NCBI RefSeq assembly: GCF_030028105.1
Contig: NC_092379.1
Span: 28,885,821-28,949,820, forward strand
Direction: 5' to 3'
From: Mobula birostris
Taxonomy: Eukaryota
DNA: 64,000 nucleotides
Part shown: positions 60,727-64,000 of the stretch, one piece after another
How positions within the stretch are numbered: the first letter of the stretch is position 1
Layout of the letters: each line of letters begins with the position of its first letter
Made by a program: the position numbers and the translations under genes
Notes under the pieces: model-generated
The model's input: only the letters and a program-made list of their open reading frames with translations
Told to the model about the DNA's origin: nothing
The model's database searches: none

Positions 60727-61148
60727 ACAGATACAGATTCATCCCAGTATTCGACACAAGAGCCTCAACAAAATGTAATTAAGCCGTCTAGTTGTCCTTC
60801 TGCAACTGCGGTAAATCTCACTGGGCAATCCGGATGCCGCTCCATTATTGCTATGCGATCTAACTACAGCAAGTAATTTGGAGTTTCTCCACAATGTTGA
60901 ATATACGAAAAGGTATTTGCATCAGCTTAAGTGTAGTTACATTTCTGTGTATGTTCTGTCCTTTCTCAGCCGTTACGTCGTGAGGATCCCACGTCAGTGA
61001 ATTATTCCCGCGCTTTCCTGAAATAAAGTTCACAGTAAGTAAACATCGCTGCCTTGTATTGACCGCAGGGGAAATTCGCTGGCCACCTTCGCAGAGACTC
61101 GCCAGGCAGCACAGCCAATGCAATCCGTAACGAACAGAAGGAAAGCAT
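60727..61148 (-). pseudogene. TCR V pseudogene V13 (family A', closest to V1)
   Basis: Leader MLSFCSLRIALAVLP with GC donor; frameshift before the first Cys; RHPDCPVRF; heptamer deleted, nonamer remnant ATAAAACTG at 60718-26. Confidence 0.85.
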
Positions 61149-61392
61149 GATGTCTAATTTCTGTCTGGATAGAAAGGCAAATTCCTTCCAGGACGTTATT
61201 ATCATGTAACAGATATTGTGTTGTGAGGTCATTTCAGTGATAGCTTTCAACTTGTGTAAGACTAGAGTCGTTTCCCTGCTCTTCGTATTCGCTGGCATAA
61301 AGAACCGAAATCATTCTGAGCAACAATCAGACTCTGCTTCATTTCTATTCGTCCTTCTACTTGTTTTTCCGTTCTTTGCAGATCGCATGTGA

Positions 61393-61549
61393 NNNNNNNN
61401 NNNNNNNNNNNNNNNNNNNNNNNNNNNNNNNNNNNNNNNNNNNNNNNNNNNNNNNNNNNNNNNNNNNNNNNNNNNNNNNNNNNNNNNNNNNNNNNNNNNN
61501 NNNNNNNNNNNNNNNNNNNNNNNNNNNNNNNNNNNNNNNNNNNNNNNNN
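61393..61549. other. N run at the position of the (CT)n tract upstream of V13
   Basis: 157 N; paralogous to the microsatellite at 3339-3420. Confidence 0.9.
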
Positions 61550-62139
61550 TTTTTTCACTGTTTGGAGGATGTCTGTGGAGGGTATGAATTTCGTGATGTA
61601 TATTGTGCACATTCTCTGATTTTAAATGGAACCATCGAAGCATGCTGGATATCGACTGAGCAGAAAAATATAGGTGATGGAATGCACAATACCTACCTTT
61701 CAGAGCGGTGATATCTGGTGTCATGTCACCTGGGATCCGGTTCGTTTCCGACATTCAATTCCATCAGCAGATACCTACGTGCTCAGTTTCCACGTTTCCA
61801 GCGTTATTATGTTTTCAACGTCCCGCAAAAGATGCTCTGGGTAGCATTCCTCCTGATCGAAGTGTCACTGGGGTACCTGTTAAGAGGAATTTGCGAAAAT
61901 TTGACAGGTAGATCTGTGAACCATTAGAACATAATATATAGGAACAGAATTAGGCCATTTGCCCGATCGACTCTGCTCCGCCATTTCAGATCAGACAGTG
62001 TAGTAATGGAATTTTTCGAAACGGTAAACGTACCACTAAATTGAGAGTTTCAGAAATTCGAAATATACCTTTGGAAACAGATGCAATAAATTTCTGTTCC
62101 TTCTACAGTCACAAGGAAATCTACAGATACTGGAAAATC

Positions 62140-63255
62140 AAGCAACACACACAAAAAATGCTGATGAAGACAGCAGGCCAGGCAGCATCTATAGGAAGAG
62201 CTACAGTCGACGTTTCGGGCCGGGACCCTTCGGCAGGACTAACTGCAAGAAGTGATAGTAAGGGATTTGAAAGTGGAGAGGGAAGGAGAGATCCGAAATG
62301 ATAGGAGAAGACAGGAGGGGAGGGGTGGATCTAAGAGCTGTAAAGTTGATTGCCAAAAGGGATACCAGACTGGAGAAGGGGGAGGATCATCGGACGGTAA
62401 GCCTGGGGAGAAAGAGAGGGGGGGAAGGGGAGCCCAGAGGTTGGAGTGCAGGCAAGGAATTATAGTGAGGGGGACAGAGGGAGAAATAAGAGAGAGAGAA
62501 AGATAAAAGGGGGGGGGGAAATAAAACATATATTAAATAAATAAATAAGGGTTGGGGTGTGAAGGCGATATGGGGCATTAACGGAAGTTGGAGAAGTCAA
62601 TATCCATGCCATCAGTCTGGAGACTACCTAGACGGAATATAAGGTGTTGTTCCTCCAACCTGAGTGTGACTTCATCTTTACAGTAGATGACCCGTGGACA
62701 GACATATCACAATGGGAATGGGATGAGGAATTAAAATGTTTGGCCACTGGGAGATCTTGCTTTCTCAAGTGCACAGAGCGTACGTGTTCAGCGAAAAGGT
62801 CTCCCAGCTTGCGTCGAGTCTCGCCAATATATAGAAGGCCGCACCGGCAGCATCGGACGCAGTATATCGCGCCAGCCGAGTCACAGGCGAAGTGTCGCCT
62901 CACCTGGAAGGACTGTCTGGGGCCCTGAATGGTGGTGAGGGGGAAATTGTAAGGGCAGGTGTAGCACATATTCCGCTTACAAGGATAAGTGTCGGGAGGG
63001 AGATCGGTGGGAAGGAATTGGAAGCGGGGGGTGGGTGCTAATGATCAAGGAAATGTGTAGGGAGCGATCCCTGCTGAAAGCAGAAAGGGGGAAGGGGAGG
63101 GAAAGATATGCTTGGTGGTGAGATCCCGTTGGAGGTGGCGGATGTTACGGAGAATTATATGTTGCACCCGGAGGCTGGTTTGGTGGTGAGTAAGAACAAG
63201 GGGAACCCTATTCCTAGTGGATTAGTGGAAGGATGTGGTAAGTGCACATGTGCGT
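62140..63255 (-). mobile_element. 5'-truncated Penelope-like element (duplicate of 3.9-5.0 kb)
   Basis: ORF 62628-62969 AIYCVRCCRCGLLYIGETRRKLGDLFAEH (GIY-YIG); same flanks as the 3.9 kb copy. Confidence 0.85.
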
Positions 63256-64000
63256 GAAACAGTAATCACCAGTAATCGGTTGTTCTCTCTATATGTCTCT
63301 TCCATCGGAGGGAAAACACTAAAGTGGAAAAGCAGTTTCTAGTTTGCACAAGTATACATTCTAACCGATTATAAGAGTATTGAACTGTGGAATGAAATAG
63401 AATCTCAATCCCAATCCACCAGGGTCTGATCATGTTCTTTATTTGATGGCTGCGCAGCTTTTATATACGTCTGTTACACTTTGTTTATATTGTTTTATTA
63501 TTTTACTTTGTACTACCGCGATAAGCAGTACAATGCATTCAACTGCAATAAATGAATCGATGCAATCCTGCAATAATAATGAGCACATTCCGTTCGCAAT
63601 CTAGATACGTATACCAAAATAATCCATGTGGTGATTATATCGGATCCGTTAAATCTAGTTGGGAAAACAGATTATACAAGATAACACTCTGTTGTGTTCC
63701 AATTCCCTCTCTTCCTCTCACCTCTTTCATACTGAATATGACGTCAAAATATGAGTCTTAGCGTAGTATGCGGTCGCCTGTATGTATTTTAACCATAAAA
63801 TTACTTTCAACACTGAACCTCTTTCACACAGCACGGGAATACACCGACGAACATAGTACCTGCATTCTCTGTCACGCTAAACATACACAGGTTCTGTCGG
63901 ATTATCTATATTCTCAGTATAAACCATGAGTAGCTGTTGTACCTTCGTTAATTTCAGTGGGCTTTAATGTCTGGGTTTCGGTAGCATGCCACTTTGAATT

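Overview
Vertebrate genomic DNA from a cartilaginous fish, inferred from the repeat content (CR1, Penelope, Buster-type hAT) and the V-gene style; the species cannot be determined. The window is part of a T-cell receptor variable-segment array, most consistent with the TCR alpha/delta (TRA/TRD) V region. I count 13 V segments, all on the minus strand. The intact pattern is a 46-nt leader exon, an ~85-nt intron, a V exon and a 23-bp-spacer RSS. Three look intact (V2 at 6.2-6.6 kb, V4 at 17.4-17.8 kb, V9 at 38.8-39.2 kb) and ten are pseudogenes. No D, J or C segments were found. The V genes fall into my own working families (A, A', B, C, D), arranged as a repeated A-B-A' cassette plus a duplicated hAT/V-C block, and interleaved with CR1, Penelope (carrying hammerhead motifs), RTE, L2/Rex, a solo LTR and two Buster/Charlie hAT remnants. 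Most notable signals: (1) a same-orientation CTCF-like motif 12-24 bp beyond the RSS nonamer of most V segments, followed by a CACGTG E-box; (2) CCAAT/RUNX promoter motifs intact mainly in the three functional genes; (3) several V coding ends that lost their RSS, including a V-to-V fusion; (4) hAT left ends that appear to have deleted neighbouring V DNA. All alignments were done by eye.
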